From positions 1 through 64,000 of the forward strand of contig NW_020844538.1 of NCBI RefSeq assembly GCF_003704095.1: a stretch of DNA of 64,000 nt, given 5' to 3'. The DNA is from Pocillopora damicornis (Eukaryota). Made by a program: the position numbers and the translations under genes. The notes beneath the pieces were generated by a model. It was not told the DNA's origin and did no database searches. It worked only from the letters and a program-made list of their open reading frames with translations. This document shows, piece after piece, positions 63,701 through 64,000 of this stretch; position 1 is the first letter of the stretch, and each line of letters starts with the position of its first letter.

Positions 63701-64000
63701 CGAAACTCTTGCCACTTATCGTAGATATGCTTATGGATCCTTGCATACTCATATTTCAGACTCACTGACACCTTCAAATACACCTGAAGAAACTGAAAGC
63801 TCTACAAGTGAGACAGAACAGGACAGCACAGAAGCATCTAATAATGCGGAAGTGATGAGAGAACAGGCACTTGAAGAGGCTGCCTCGTTGGAGCAGCGTC
63901 CAAAGCGTGACGAGAGCCCACCACCTAATGAAACACCACCGGGAGAGAGATACAGGAGTGTATCGCCATCTTTGATGGAGTTTTCAACACAATCTTCAGT
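57748..64000 (+). CDS. AMFR: E3 ubiquitin-protein ligase AMFR/gp78, 3'-incomplete, one exon lost in an assembly gap
   Basis: Exons: 57748-57924 (MPLVFLEQLPLPSLQSY), 58013-58105 (VVFGDLRASELQ), 58731-58895 (DRFWNFIFYKFIFIFGVLNVQ...LCKDRFEY), 59650-59802, 59910-59950, 60256-60387, [gap], 60947-61057 (RING-H2 CAICWDSMVAARKLPCGHLFH), 61270-61436 (SCLRSWLENDTSCPTCR...NHFFHFDG), 61573-61679 (SQIASWFPSFSVEV), 62304-62429 (CUE domain, MFP), 63177-63237, 63760 to beyond 64000. Confidence 0.95.
62869..63080. mobile_element. piggyBac-type MITE, subfamily C, in an AMFR intron
   Basis: TTAACTCTTTAACTCCC...GGGAATTAAAGGGTTAA. Internal sequence resembles 34843-35052. Confidence 0.8.
63375..63623. mobile_element. 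Harbinger-like MITE fragment; an inverted relative lies at about 29747-29880
   Basis: End CCATGTAAACAGGTCC is the reverse complement of GGGCCTGTTTACATGG at 29747. Both share internal GGGTTACCC / GGTAACCC motifs. Confidence 0.55.

Overview
AT-rich eukaryotic DNA with many GT-AG introns and two N gaps (9020-9171, 60578-60677). The gene set, intron density and repeat families point to an invertebrate animal, most likely a stony coral or another anthozoan (inference). Reading exons by eye gives nine protein-coding genes: a MATE/SLC47 transporter (-), DAD1 (-), GINS3 (+), two tandem SLC38A7/8-like lysosomal amino-acid transporters (-), MVD (+), PRMT7 (-), an intronless NUDT7 (+) and AMFR/gp78 (+, runs off the right edge). 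Three pairs are head-to-head and MVD/PRMT7 are tail-to-tail. Introns and intergenic DNA hold about 16 TTAA-flanked piggyBac-type MITEs, an IS3EU-type transposon with a decayed DDE transposase and a 6-bp TSD, tRNA-derived SINEs, an L2 LINE 3' end, a Penelope-like RT fragment and two Penelope-type hairpin elements with minimal hammerhead ribozyme motifs. Main findings: (1) seven of the eight gene families recall human 16q or its 14q11 paralogon, suggesting an ancient linkage block; (2) the duplicated SLC38A7-like transporters keep the lysosomal dileucine signal but have altered TM8/TM6 motifs; (3) intronic hammerhead motifs, with the PRMT7-sense copy carrying the classic inactivating G5A change; (4) an in-frame N-terminal extension of PRMT7 that resembles a mitochondrial presequence; (5) probable sense-antisense overlap of the MVD and PRMT7 3' ends. 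There is no prokaryotic-type system (no CRISPR, operons or rRNA). Exon coordinates were read manually and may be off by a few bases.
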